Shown here: one piece after another, positions 35,827 to 44,407 of the stretch
Layout: every line of letters starts with the position of its first letter
Position numbering within the stretch: position 1 is the stretch's first letter
Assembly (NCBI GenBank): GCA_028715345.1
Contig: JAQUSB010000008.1
Coordinates: 437 to 64,436 of the forward strand
Source of the DNA: Candidatus Omnitrophota bacterium
Lineage (GTDB): Bacteria > Omnitrophota > Gorgyraeia > 2-01-FULL-45-10
DNA length: 64,000 nucleotides
Direction of reading: 5' to 3'
Notes under the pieces: model-generated
What the model was told of the DNA's origin: nothing
Seen by the model: only the letters and a program-made list of their open reading frames with translations
The model's database searches: none
Made by a program: the position numbers and the translations under genes

Positions 35827-37941
35827 ATGAGGATAGCGTATTTTGATTGCTTCAGCGGGATATCGGGCGATATGACGATAGCCGCTTTTTTGGATGCGGG
35901 CCTTAAATTCGAAACGTTCTCGCGCGAACTGGCGAAGCTGAAATTAAAAGGATACAAGCTTCGTAAGTCTAAAGTAACGCGGGGTGAGGTCGCAGGGACG
36001 AAATTCGACTGCATCTCAAGCGTCGATCCGCGCGGACACAGGTCGCTTGAGTCGATAATCTCTATCATCGATAAGAGCGCGCTTAATAAGAAAGTAAAAG
36101 ATACCGCCAAAGAGATATTTAACACTATGGCCGCGGCCGAGACAAAAGTCCACGGCAAGGCAGGCGCGAAAGACGTGATATTCCACGAACTCGGCGACAT
36201 CGATTCCATTATAGACATCGTCGGTACAGCCATTGCGATAGACCAGCTGGGCATCGATGCCGTCTATTCGTCGAAGGTAAGCCTGGGGCGCGCCATCGTA
36301 AGGTCGCGCCACGGCAATATCCCGGTGCCATCGCCGGCGAGCCTGGAACTGTTAAAAGGTTTCCCGGTATCCGTGACGGACATAGAGGCGGAGCTTGTCA
36401 CCCCGACGGGCGCCGGCATCCTGAAGACGCTCGCCAGGAGCACGGCAGCCGTCCCGCAGATGACGATATCGAAGATCGGTTACGGCGCGGGCTCCAAGCA
36501 GATAGGTGAGCGCCCCAACATGCTGCGCATTCTCATAGGAGAGGCCGCTCATTCGTTCAAAGAGGACACCGTCTACGTCGTGGAGACGAACATAGACGAT
36601 ATGAACCCTCAACACATCGGTTACGCCGTCGAAAAAGTGATGCGCTCAGGCGCGCTCGACGCCTATATTACCAATATACAGATGAAGAAATCGAGGCCGG
36701 CATTTAAATTGACCGCCATAACCGACCTTGCGCGCCTGAATGACGTGGCCGCGGCCATATTCGGCGAGACGTCGTCGATAGGATTGCGTTTCTACGAAGC
36801 GAACAGGATAAAACTCGACAGGAGATCCTCGATGGTAAAGACCGATTACGGCGAAGTAAAAGTTAAGGTCAGTAAGGGCCCCGGAGGCCTGCTCACGGTT
36901 TCGCCCGAGCATGACGAATGCGTAGAAAAGGCCAGGATCAATAATATCCCGTTGCGCAAAGTCTACGAAGCCGCGAAAATTTCGGCGCGCGGGTTTTTCC
37001 TGTCCGCCGCGGCCGCGATATTTTTGTCGATATCTTTAGCCGTTCCCTATGCCATATCCGACACCATAGTTAAAAGCGACGGGTCCGAATTGAAAGGCAT
37101 AGTGGTCGAGGATTACAGGGACCGCGTTGTGTTCTCGACCATGAACGGCGAGAAGATGATAATGAAGTCCGATATCAGGGAGCTCTACTACGACGAAGAG
37201 GAGGCCAACCTTATAAAGCTCGCCGAACAGGCCAGTGACAAGCGCGATTACATAAAAGCGCTTACTTATTACGTCATGGCTTTTAAGATAAACCCGGAGT
37301 CAAAGGCAGCGAAAGACGGCATCGTCTTTTTGGAAGGTTATCTCTTCAGGAAAGAACAGGCCCTGAAAGAGGAAGAGGTCCGCAAGCGCGACGAATTCGA
37401 GAGACACGGCCCGACCGTACCCCAGATAGGCCAGGCCGGCGAAGAAGAGATAGCCGAAAAGTCGGCTAGGCTTAAAAAAGCGCTGGGCATGGGCCTTGCC
37501 GTGAAAAACGGCCTGCCTGTGGTGGAATTTGTTCAGGCGAATTCGCCCGCTGCCGACGCCGGAGTAGAAAAAGGCGACAGGCTCATCGCCATCTGGGCGC
37601 GCCTTACGGGCTATATGGATCTGGGCGAAGTCCTTGACGCGCTTTTAGACAAGCCGTCCCTCGAACTTAAGTGCGCCATAGAGAAAACCGTTGCAGCCGA
37701 AGACGTGCTTAAAGGCGCATCTTTCGTCATGGAATTTGACGGGCTCACTGTATCCGCCGTGCGCCCGGCGAGCGCCGCCGCAAAAAGCGGTTTAAAGAAA
37801 GGCGATCTTGTTACGGCGATAGACGGGAAATCGACCCGCTATATGCCTTTGAAAAATGCCATAGATGTTATGAAGAGATCGAAGGAAGGGGCTGTTGAAT
37901 TGACCATAAGAAGGGAAACCCTAATGTGGAGGAGAGAATAA
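35827..37941 (+). CDS. larC: LarC (nickel insertion, DUF111) fused to a C-terminal transmembrane + TPR-like + tandem PDZ extension
   Basis: Residues 1-about 390 are LarC (MRIAYFDCFSGISGDMTIAAFLDAGL...). Then a TM helix (FFLSAAAAIFLSISLAVPYAI), a TPR-like helix pair, and two PDZ-like segments (GLAVKNGLPVVEFVQANSPAADAGVEKGDRLIAI; LTVSAVRPASAAAKSGLKKGDLVTAIDG). Single uninterrupted 704-aa frame. Confidence 0.75.
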   Translation: MRIAYFDCFSGISGDMTIAAFLDAGLKFETFSRELAKLKLKGYKLRKSKVTRGEVAGTKFDCISSVDPRGHRSLESIISIIDKSALNKKVKDTAKEIFNTMAAAETKVHGKAGAKDVIFHELGDIDSIIDIVGTAIAIDQLGIDAVYSSKVSLGRAIVRSRHGNIPVPSPASLELLKGFPVSVTDIEAELVTPTGAGILKTLARSTAAVPQMTISKIGYGAGSKQIGERPNMLRILIGEAAHSFKEDTVYVVETNIDDMNPQHIGYAVEKVMRSGALDAYITNIQMKKSRPAFKLTAITDLARLNDVAAAIFGETSSIGLRFYEANRIKLDRRSSMVKTDYGEVKVKVSKGPGGLLTVSPEHDECVEKARINNIPLRKVYEAAKISARGFFLSAAAAIFLSISLAVPYAISDTIVKSDGSELKGIVVEDYRDRVVFSTMNGEKMIMKSDIRELYYDEEEANLIKLAEQASDKRDYIKALTYYVMAFKINPESKAAKDGIVFLEGYLFRKEQALKEEEVRKRDEFERHGPTVPQIGQAGEEEIAEKSARLKKALGMGLAVKNGLPVVEFVQANSPAADAGVEKGDRLIAIWARLTGYMDLGEVLDALLDKPSLELKCAIEKTVAAEDVLKGASFVMEFDGLTVSAVRPASAAAKSGLKKGDLVTAIDGKSTRYMPLKNAIDVMKRSKEGAVELTIRRETLMWRRE

Positions 37942-37943
37942 AA

Positions 37944-38522
37944 ATGGCTGAAAATACGGCGAGGCCGAGATTCAAAAGAAAACAGTATATCGTAGCGCGG
38001 AAATTCCAGCTTAAGTATACGGGCGTCATATTACTGCTCATGTTCATCACGGCCGGGTTTTGCGCTTATATAGTGTATTACACTACGATGGTTTTATTCG
38101 GCGAAAAACTTGCGAACGTCTATCCTCAGGGCCATCTGGTCGCTATGGTAAAGCTGGTCAATTTCCGGATATTGGCGGCTATGCTTGTAGTTTCGCCTCT
38201 GATAGGTTTTCTGGCCATATATTTATCCCACAAGATAGCGGGCCCCATATTCAGGATCGAGAGGGTGCTTGCCGATATGGCGAAGGGCGACTTGTCGATA
38301 CGTATTACGTTAAGGCGGGGGGACGAAATGGTCTCGCTCGCAGACTCCGTGAATAGGCTGACCGATGCTATGGCGTCGAGCATAAAGTCGGAGAAGGCGA
38401 GAGTGGACAGCGCCATAAAAGAGCTCGATTCCCTTAAAAAATCAAGTTCCGCCCATACGGTCGAGAAGCTGGATAAAGAGATAAGGCTTCTTGCAAAAGA
38501 ACTTGAGAAGTATAAAGTATAG
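37944..38522 (+). CDS. Membrane protein with HAMP-like domain and C-terminal coiled coil
   Basis: Two TM helices, then HAMP-like IAGPIFRIERVLADMAKGDLSIRITLRRGDEMVSLADSVNRL. ATG at 37944 is preferred over GTG at 37926 because the RBS ggaggag is correctly spaced. Confidence 0.5.
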   Translation: MAENTARPRFKRKQYIVARKFQLKYTGVILLLMFITAGFCAYIVYYTTMVLFGEKLANVYPQGHLVAMVKLVNFRILAAMLVVSPLIGFLAIYLSHKIAGPIFRIERVLADMAKGDLSIRITLRRGDEMVSLADSVNRLTDAMASSIKSEKARVDSAIKELDSLKKSSSAHTVEKLDKEIRLLAKELEKYKV

Positions 38523-38564
38523 CACCGGCAGTATATTTGTAGAACATTTCTTAAACCCTGCCCC

Positions 38565-38593
38565 TTGACAATTGCTTTATATAGGGTATACTT
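38565..38593 (+). promoter_or_regulatory. Sigma70-like promoter (TTGACA-16/17-TATACT) upstream of a small HTH gene
   Basis: ttgaca at 38565-38570; tagggtatactt at 38583-38594, sharing the TAGGGTATACTT segment with the pilin promoter at 7273-7284. Confidence 0.5.
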
Positions 38594-38661
38594 TAGCATA
38601 CTGTGTATTAGTGTATATCAAGAGAGTATAACTAATACTAAACGCCAAAGGTGGTGTTCGT

Positions 38662-38865
38662 ATGCCAGAAGACATCGTCTTCACGGTTCAGGAAGTGGCC
38701 AAATACCTGAGGATGCAGCCCGTCACTATTTACAAACACGCAAAGTGCGGGAAGCTTCCGTGTTTTAAGGTAGGGGCCAACTGGCGATTCAAGAAATCCA
38801 CTATAGACCGCTGGATATCCGACCAGGAAGAAAAAGAGAATAACGGGCACCAAAATAACGCCTGA
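38662..38865 (+). CDS. Small excisionase-family HTH (HTH_17) DNA-binding protein
   Basis: VFTVQEVAKYLRMQPVTIYKHAKCGKLPCFKVGANWRFKKSTIDRWI, paralogous to the HTH domains at 34167-35108. RBS aaaggtggtg. Confidence 0.55.
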   Translation: MPEDIVFTVQEVAKYLRMQPVTIYKHAKCGKLPCFKVGANWRFKKSTIDRWISDQEEKENNGHQNNA

Positions 38866-38928
38866 TCTCATTTAATGAGGTTGGGCCTTTTTATTTTTGG
38901 CGCCGAAAAGCTTTCGGCAGAGGTGTTT

Positions 38929-39351
38929 ATGCTTAATGCAGAAGACATAAAAGGTCTTATACCGCAAAGGCCTCCTTTTTTGATGCTCGACAGGGTGATC
39001 GAGCTTAAGGAGGGGGAATCGATAAAAGCGTATAAGAACGTCACCATGAACGAAGACTATTTCCGGGGCCATTTTCCGGACATGCCGATACTTCCCGGAG
39101 CGCTTATGATAGAGGCGATGGCGCAGGCCGCGTTAGTTCTGTTCAAAAAGAGCATGCCTGACCTGACGGCGACGATCTTCTATCTTGCGAACGTAAAGGT
39201 AAGGTTCCTGAAGCCCGTAGTGCCGGGTGACCAGCTTGTGATAATAGCTAAAATAGTAAAAGCGGCGCGCATCGGCGGGATATGCGAAGTGGAGGCGTCG
39301 GTCAATAACGAAACGGCAGCAAAAGGGGAGATGACTTTTGCCGGCAAATAA
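38929..39351 (+). CDS. fabZ: 3-hydroxyacyl-ACP dehydratase FabZ-like
   Basis: LIPQRPPFLMLDRV...YFRGHFPDMPILPGALMIEAMAQ hot-dog fold signature. ATG at 38929 is preferred (RBS gaggtg); the longer ORF from 38875 lacks an RBS. Confidence 0.85.
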   Translation: MLNAEDIKGLIPQRPPFLMLDRVIELKEGESIKAYKNVTMNEDYFRGHFPDMPILPGALMIEAMAQAALVLFKKSMPDLTATIFYLANVKVRFLKPVVPGDQLVIIAKIVKAARIGGICEVEASVNNETAAKGEMTFAGK

Positions 39352-40585
39352 AAGGATAGTCATAACAGGTTTCGGGGTATTGTCATCCGTAGGGATAGGC
39401 AAAGAAGATTTCTGGGCGGGCTTAAAAGAAGGCCGTTCGGGGATAAGGCCCGTTACTTTATTCGACACGGCGAACCTTAATAGCAAAACGGCCGGAGAAA
39501 TAAAAGATTTTGACCCCGAGTCTATACTGGGCGCTAAAGGCCTGAGGACTTTCGACCGCTCGACCAGGCTCGTCCTGTCCGCCGCCAAGATGGCGCTCGA
39601 CGACGCAGGCATCAAGTACCCGATAGCCGAAGAAGAAACGGATTCTTTCGGGGTGTCATTGGGCTCGACCATGGGCTCGGTCTGGTCGATAAGCGAATTC
39701 GATAAAGAGGGCCTGAGGGAAGGGCCGAGGAGCGTCAACCCCGCGCTATTCCCTAACACCGTCATAAACGCCCCGGCCAGCCAGGTATCCATAAGGTTCA
39801 ATATACAGGGGTTCAACGGCACTCTCTCGACGGGATTCTGCTCCAGCCTTGACGCCGTTTACTACGCGATCAATATGATAAATATGTACGGATACAGCGC
39901 GGTCCTGGCAGGCGGTGTGGAAGAACTTTGCGAACAGACGTACAAAGGTTTTCACAAACTTGGCCATCTTGCGGGCTCGCGCCCCGGGAAAGAAGAGATC
40001 GACTGCCCGTTCGATAAGCGCCGTAACGGTATTGTGCTCGGCGAAGGGTCGGTCATAGCTATACTGGAAGAGCTTGAGCACGCGAAGGAACGCAAAGCCG
40101 AAATATACGCCGAGGTATTAGGGTACGGGACGTCGTTCGATCCCATGAGTAAAAATATATACAGCCCGAAGGCCGAAGGCGCTTCGCGCGCCATGAAGAT
40201 ATGTTTAGACGATGCAGGGCTTGCGTCCGGCGATATCGGTTACATAAGCGCATCGGCGGATTCCACGCTCGACTGCGATGCTATGGAAACGGCTGCGGTC
40301 AGGAAAGTTTTTGGTAAAGCCGCCTCTGCCGTTCCCATAAGTTCGATAAAGTCGATGGCGGGCGAGACGTTCTCATGCTCGGGCGCGATGAACCTTGCGG
40401 CCGCGGCAGGCGTCCTGCGGGATAATTTTATCCCGCCCACGATCAATTATAAAGTGCCGGACAGACGGTGCGACCTCGACTGTGTGCCGAATACGGCGCG
40501 CGAAGCGAAGGTTAAAAATATCCTTATAAATTCTTTCAGCCCGGCGGGCTCTAATTCGTCGCTGGCGATAGGAAGGTATGCGTAA
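39338..40585 (+). CDS. Beta-ketoacyl synthase-like protein lacking both catalytic histidines (KS partner / CLF-like, Cys retained)
   Basis: Thiolase-fold KAS I/II architecture with GFCSS around the active-site Cys. The HGTxT box reads ISASADST and the KxxGH box reads SMAGETFS, so both decarboxylation His residues are absent. TTG start overlaps the fabZ stop. Confidence 0.8.
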   Translation: MPANKRIVITGFGVLSSVGIGKEDFWAGLKEGRSGIRPVTLFDTANLNSKTAGEIKDFDPESILGAKGLRTFDRSTRLVLSAAKMALDDAGIKYPIAEEETDSFGVSLGSTMGSVWSISEFDKEGLREGPRSVNPALFPNTVINAPASQVSIRFNIQGFNGTLSTGFCSSLDAVYYAINMINMYGYSAVLAGGVEELCEQTYKGFHKLGHLAGSRPGKEEIDCPFDKRRNGIVLGEGSVIAILEELEHAKERKAEIYAEVLGYGTSFDPMSKNIYSPKAEGASRAMKICLDDAGLASGDIGYISASADSTLDCDAMETAAVRKVFGKAASAVPISSIKSMAGETFSCSGAMNLAAAAGVLRDNFIPPTINYKVPDRRCDLDCVPNTAREAKVKNILINSFSPAGSNSSLAIGRYA

Positions 40586-41633
40586 TATATTCATGACGGG
40601 AGCCGGCGGCTTCATAGGCTCCGAACTTATAGATGTGATGAGAAAGTCGGGTGAAAGCTTTCATATATATGCGCTTGTAAGGGGCTCGCGGAAGATAAAG
40701 GGCCCGGACATAACATTATGCGACGGGGATATAACAAAAAGTAACCTCGGGCTAAATAAAGAAAATTTCGATATGCTGACAAAAACCGTCGATACGATAT
40801 TCCATTGCGCGGCAGATACCGACCTGAATCTGTCTAAGGAGCGCCTTTGCCTGACAAACGTCACCGGAACGAAGAACGTATTGGATCTCGCGCTTAAGTG
40901 TAAAGAAAAGGGCGGCCTTAAGAAAGTGAACCATATAAGCACCGCTTACGTGGCCGGCGCCAGGGGTTCGGTAAAGTGCGTGGTAAAAGAAGACGAGCTT
41001 GATGTCGGACAGGGATTCAATAACAGGTATGAAGAGAGTAAATCTGCCGCGGAAAAATGCGTGGCAGACTACAGGTCGAAGGGGCTCGATATAGATATAT
41101 TCAGGCCGAGCATAGTGTTGGGCCGCTACGAAGACGGGAAGACGACAAATTTCAAGATGCTCTACCAGCCGATACATTTCTTTTCGCTCGAGCTGTTCGA
41201 CAGGCTGCCTGCGCCCGTATACGATGTCGCCAACCTCATAAATCTCGACACTGCCGCGAAGTCTATATTCCTTATTTCTAACAGGCCCGGTAAAAAGAAC
41301 ATGAATTACCATATTACGTCGCCCAATACCGTTTCGATCGAGAAGGTGCTTGATATAGTTTGCGGTTACTTAGGCGTCAAAAAGCCTGAGCTTGTCCCGG
41401 CCGGAAGTTTCGACGCGCAAAAAGAATATACGCCGGTCATGAGAAGAATGATAGCTCCATACGCGGCCTATTTTAATTACGGGGCGAAGTTCGACATGAC
41501 GAACACTTTCTCGGCCCTCGAGGGGGCGGATCTCGATTTCCCGGATTTCGACGAAGAGAATTTTACCAGGTTATTGAAGTACTGCGAAAAGACAGGGTTC
41601 ATAAAAAGGAAAAAACATGCCGTTATCAGGTAA
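40578..41633 (+). CDS. Thioester-reductase-type SDR (fatty acyl-CoA/ACP reductase-like, NAD_binding_4)
   Basis: MTGAGGFIGSEL Rossmann motif, ISTAYVAG, catalytic YEESK, 351 aa; architecture of terminal reductase domains releasing aldehydes/alcohols. Confidence 0.65.
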   Translation: MRNIFMTGAGGFIGSELIDVMRKSGESFHIYALVRGSRKIKGPDITLCDGDITKSNLGLNKENFDMLTKTVDTIFHCAADTDLNLSKERLCLTNVTGTKNVLDLALKCKEKGGLKKVNHISTAYVAGARGSVKCVVKEDELDVGQGFNNRYEESKSAAEKCVADYRSKGLDIDIFRPSIVLGRYEDGKTTNFKMLYQPIHFFSLELFDRLPAPVYDVANLINLDTAAKSIFLISNRPGKKNMNYHITSPNTVSIEKVLDIVCGYLGVKKPELVPAGSFDAQKEYTPVMRRMIAPYAAYFNYGAKFDMTNTFSALEGADLDFPDFDEENFTRLLKYCEKTGFIKRKKHAVIR

Positions 41634-42354
41634 GGTGGCGATAGTTACGGGAGGTTCGCGCGGGATAGGCAGGGCGATAGTGCTCGAGCTCATCAGGTCC
41701 GGCGCCAAAGTCGTCTTCACTTACCTTAAGAGCGAAGGCCCTGCGGCAGATCTTCTGGAGGAGATAAAAGCGCTTAAGGGTACTGCCGCGGCCGTAAAGT
41801 CCGATTCCCGCGACTTTGAGCTTGCGAAGCAGGCGGCCGCCGAGGCCGTCAGTAAATTCGGCACCGTGGATATACTTGTCAATAACGCCGGCATAGTCAA
41901 AGACAGGGCCCTTATGCTAATGGACCCTGCCGAATGGAGCGATGTCATAGACACGAACCTGACCGGCTATTTCAATATGGCCAAAGCATGCATAGTTACG
42001 ATGATGAAGCAGAAAAGCGGTAACATAATAAATATCTCTTCGGTCGCCGGGGTCGTGGGCCTGCCCAAGCAGGTAAATTATTCCAGCGCCAAGGCGGGAA
42101 TAATAGGCTTTACGAAATCGCTGGCCAAGGAAGTGGCTTCTTTTAATATAAGGGTTAACGCCGTAGCGCCGGGATACGTAGAGACCGATATGACGAAAGA
42201 CTTAAAACAGAAAGAGAATCTTATTAAATTTATACCGTCAGGCAGGTTCGGCAGGCCGGAAGAGATCGCGAAGGTCGTATCTTTTTTGGCAGGCGACGAG
42301 TCGGGGTATATAACAGGGCAGGTCATAAAAGTTGACGGCGGATTGGCTATATAG
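41617..42354 (+). CDS. fabG: 3-oxoacyl-ACP reductase
   Basis: GKVAIVTGGSRGIGRAI, NNAG, YSSAKAG classical SDR motifs. Confidence 0.85.
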   Translation: MPLSGKVAIVTGGSRGIGRAIVLELIRSGAKVVFTYLKSEGPAADLLEEIKALKGTAAAVKSDSRDFELAKQAAAEAVSKFGTVDILVNNAGIVKDRALMLMDPAEWSDVIDTNLTGYFNMAKACIVTMMKQKSGNIINISSVAGVVGLPKQVNYSSAKAGIIGFTKSLAKEVASFNIRVNAVAPGYVETDMTKDLKQKENLIKFIPSGRFGRPEEIAKVVSFLAGDESGYITGQVIKVDGGLAI

Positions 42355-42369
42355 TAAGGAGGTGATTTC

Positions 42370-42627
42370 ATGGGGACTATAGAAACAAGCGTTCTGGAAA
42401 AAGATATTCGTTCTATGGTCGCGGAAATACTGGAGACGGAGGAGGGTAAGATAACGTCGGACGCTAAATTTGTCGAGGATCTCGGGATGGACTCGATGAT
42501 GGCCCTCGAGATACTGGCGGCCGCCGAAAAGAAGTACAAGATCAAAATACCGGAAGAATATCTTGTGAAGGTCACTACTATCAATAGCGTTGTGGAAATG
42601 ATAAAGAGTATCATCGACGGGAAATAA
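42370..42627 (+). CDS. Acyl carrier protein (dedicated)
   Basis: 85 aa; phosphopantetheine attachment motif DLGMDSMMALE; strong RBS aggaggtg. Confidence 0.8.
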   Translation: MGTIETSVLEKDIRSMVAEILETEEGKITSDAKFVEDLGMDSMMALEILAAAEKKYKIKIPEEYLVKVTTINSVVEMIKSIIDGK

Positions 42628-42628
42628 T

Positions 42629-43843
42629 ATGGCGTATAGAAGGGTCGTGGTCACAGGTGTCGGGGTCGTCTCGTCCATAGGCATAGGCAGGGACGAATTC
42701 TGGAAGAACCTTATAGCCGGGAAGTCGGGCATAAGCGAAGTAACGACTTTCGATACAGCCGATTACCCTGTCCATATGGGCGGAGAAGTGAAGGATTTCG
42801 AAGCGGACAGGTTTATCCCCAAGGACAGGCTCAGCGAAATGGCGCGGGCATCGCGCTTTGCGGTCGCGGCGGCGAAAATGGCGATAGATGACGCCGGTGT
42901 CGCGCCGGAAAAATTGAGATCGAAAATAACGGGTGCGGTTATCGGTACTACAATGGCCGATATCCAATCCCTGGAGCAGATAGATAAATATTGGACAAAG
43001 AGCGGCGAGGCCGACGTGTGGCCGATAAATATACTTAAATATCCTAGTAATTCTCTCGCGGACCACATCGGATACTTTTTCGGGCTTAACGGGCCTAATT
43101 ACACCATTCCCACGGCGTGCGCTTCGGGCAACTACTCCATAGGATGCGCTTTCGATCTTATAAGGAGCGGGAGAGCGGAGGCCATGATAGCCGGCGGGGC
43201 GGACCCGTTCTCGAGGATAACATTTACGGGGTTTAACAGGTTGTACGCGATGGCGCCGGACAAATGCCGGCCCTTCGATAAGAACAGGAAGGGGATGATG
43301 ATTGGCGAAGGATCGGGGGTGCTGCTGATAGAGCCTCTCGAATCCGCCGCGGCAAGAGGAGCGGATATCTACGCGGAGATCCTCGGCTACGGCTTAAGCT
43401 GCGATGCTCATCATATGACGGCCCCGAAGATCGACGGTATAATAAAAGTGATGGAGCGTGCCGTCAAGAATAGCGGCATAAATAAAGAGGACGTCGATTA
43501 CATCTCGGCGCACGGCACAGGCACACCGGCAAATGATAAGACGGAATCCGCCGCGATAAAAAAAGTGTTCGGCGAAAAATATAAAAATATATCCGTAAGC
43601 TCGATCAAGTCGATGCTGGGGCATACGATGGGAGCGGCCAGCGCCATAGAGGCGGTCACCTGCTGTTTGGCTATAAGAGACCAAAAGGTCCCGCCCACTA
43701 TAAATTACGAGACCCCGGACGAAGAATGCGATATCGACTGCGTGCCCAATAAAGCGAAAGCGCGCAAGGTAGAGGTGGTATTGAATAACTCATTTGCTTT
43801 TGGGGGGAATAATGCCTGCGTTGTCTTTAAAAAATATCATTGA
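42629..43843 (+). CDS. fabF: Beta-ketoacyl-ACP synthase II (catalytically complete)
   Basis: TACASG active-site Cys, AHGTGTPAND and SMLGHTMGAAS His boxes intact. Confidence 0.85.
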   Translation: MAYRRVVVTGVGVVSSIGIGRDEFWKNLIAGKSGISEVTTFDTADYPVHMGGEVKDFEADRFIPKDRLSEMARASRFAVAAAKMAIDDAGVAPEKLRSKITGAVIGTTMADIQSLEQIDKYWTKSGEADVWPINILKYPSNSLADHIGYFFGLNGPNYTIPTACASGNYSIGCAFDLIRSGRAEAMIAGGADPFSRITFTGFNRLYAMAPDKCRPFDKNRKGMMIGEGSGVLLIEPLESAAARGADIYAEILGYGLSCDAHHMTAPKIDGIIKVMERAVKNSGINKEDVDYISAHGTGTPANDKTESAAIKKVFGEKYKNISVSSIKSMLGHTMGAASAIEAVTCCLAIRDQKVPPTINYETPDEECDIDCVPNKAKARKVEVVLNNSFAFGGNNACVVFKKYH

Positions 43844-44405
43844 ACAGAGAAGAAGCATAAGAAGGTTTATCTGTAAATCTATCAGTACAGATACCATAAA
43901 AGATATGGTGGATATGGCAAGATGGGCCCCTTGCCCTAATAATATACAACCCTGGAGATTTTATTTTGCTAAAAAAGACAGTGCTGTTACAAAGAAAGTC
44001 ATCGGGTACTTGGAGAATAAGGCGGCGATTAAAAGCATAGCGATCGCTCTATTTTTAAACGATGCCATAAGAGTGCTTAAGTCCTGCGATTCAGTATTAT
44101 ATGTTTTTAACAACAATATGGTCAGGAATCGCTATAAAAAAATGGTTAGTTCTTATTATCAAAAGAAAGCAAATTTATTTGAGGAGCAGGCAATAGCCGC
44201 GGCAATAGAAAATATGATGTTATATGCTGAGACTCTTGGGATAGGCGGAGTCTGGCTGGGGTCACCTGTTATGGTTGGTAACGGTATTAAACGTATAATA
44301 GGTTCGCCCTATGAGCTAAGCGCCGTCATCGCTCTTGGGTATTATGATAAGAGGCCTGGTAAAACACCCAGAATGGCTGTGGATGAAATTCTAACCGTTA
44401 TTTAA
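43812..44405 (+). CDS. Nitroreductase-family flavoprotein
   Basis: IEQRRSIRRF N-terminal nitroreductase signature; ATG at 43812 overlaps the end of the KAS gene. Confidence 0.6.
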   Translation: MPALSLKNIIEQRRSIRRFICKSISTDTIKDMVDMARWAPCPNNIQPWRFYFAKKDSAVTKKVIGYLENKAAIKSIAIALFLNDAIRVLKSCDSVLYVFNNNMVRNRYKKMVSSYYQKKANLFEEQAIAAAIENMMLYAETLGIGGVWLGSPVMVGNGIKRIIGSPYELSAVIALGYYDKRPGKTPRMAVDEILTVI

Positions 44406-44407
44406 AT

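Noticed and set aside
38906-38922. Hairpin gccgaaa-agc-tttcggc just upstream of fabZ as a terminator
   Set aside because: The T-tract lies before rather than after the stem on the + strand and there is no U-tract on either strand after it. It is more likely an incidental or RBS-proximal structure. No call made.
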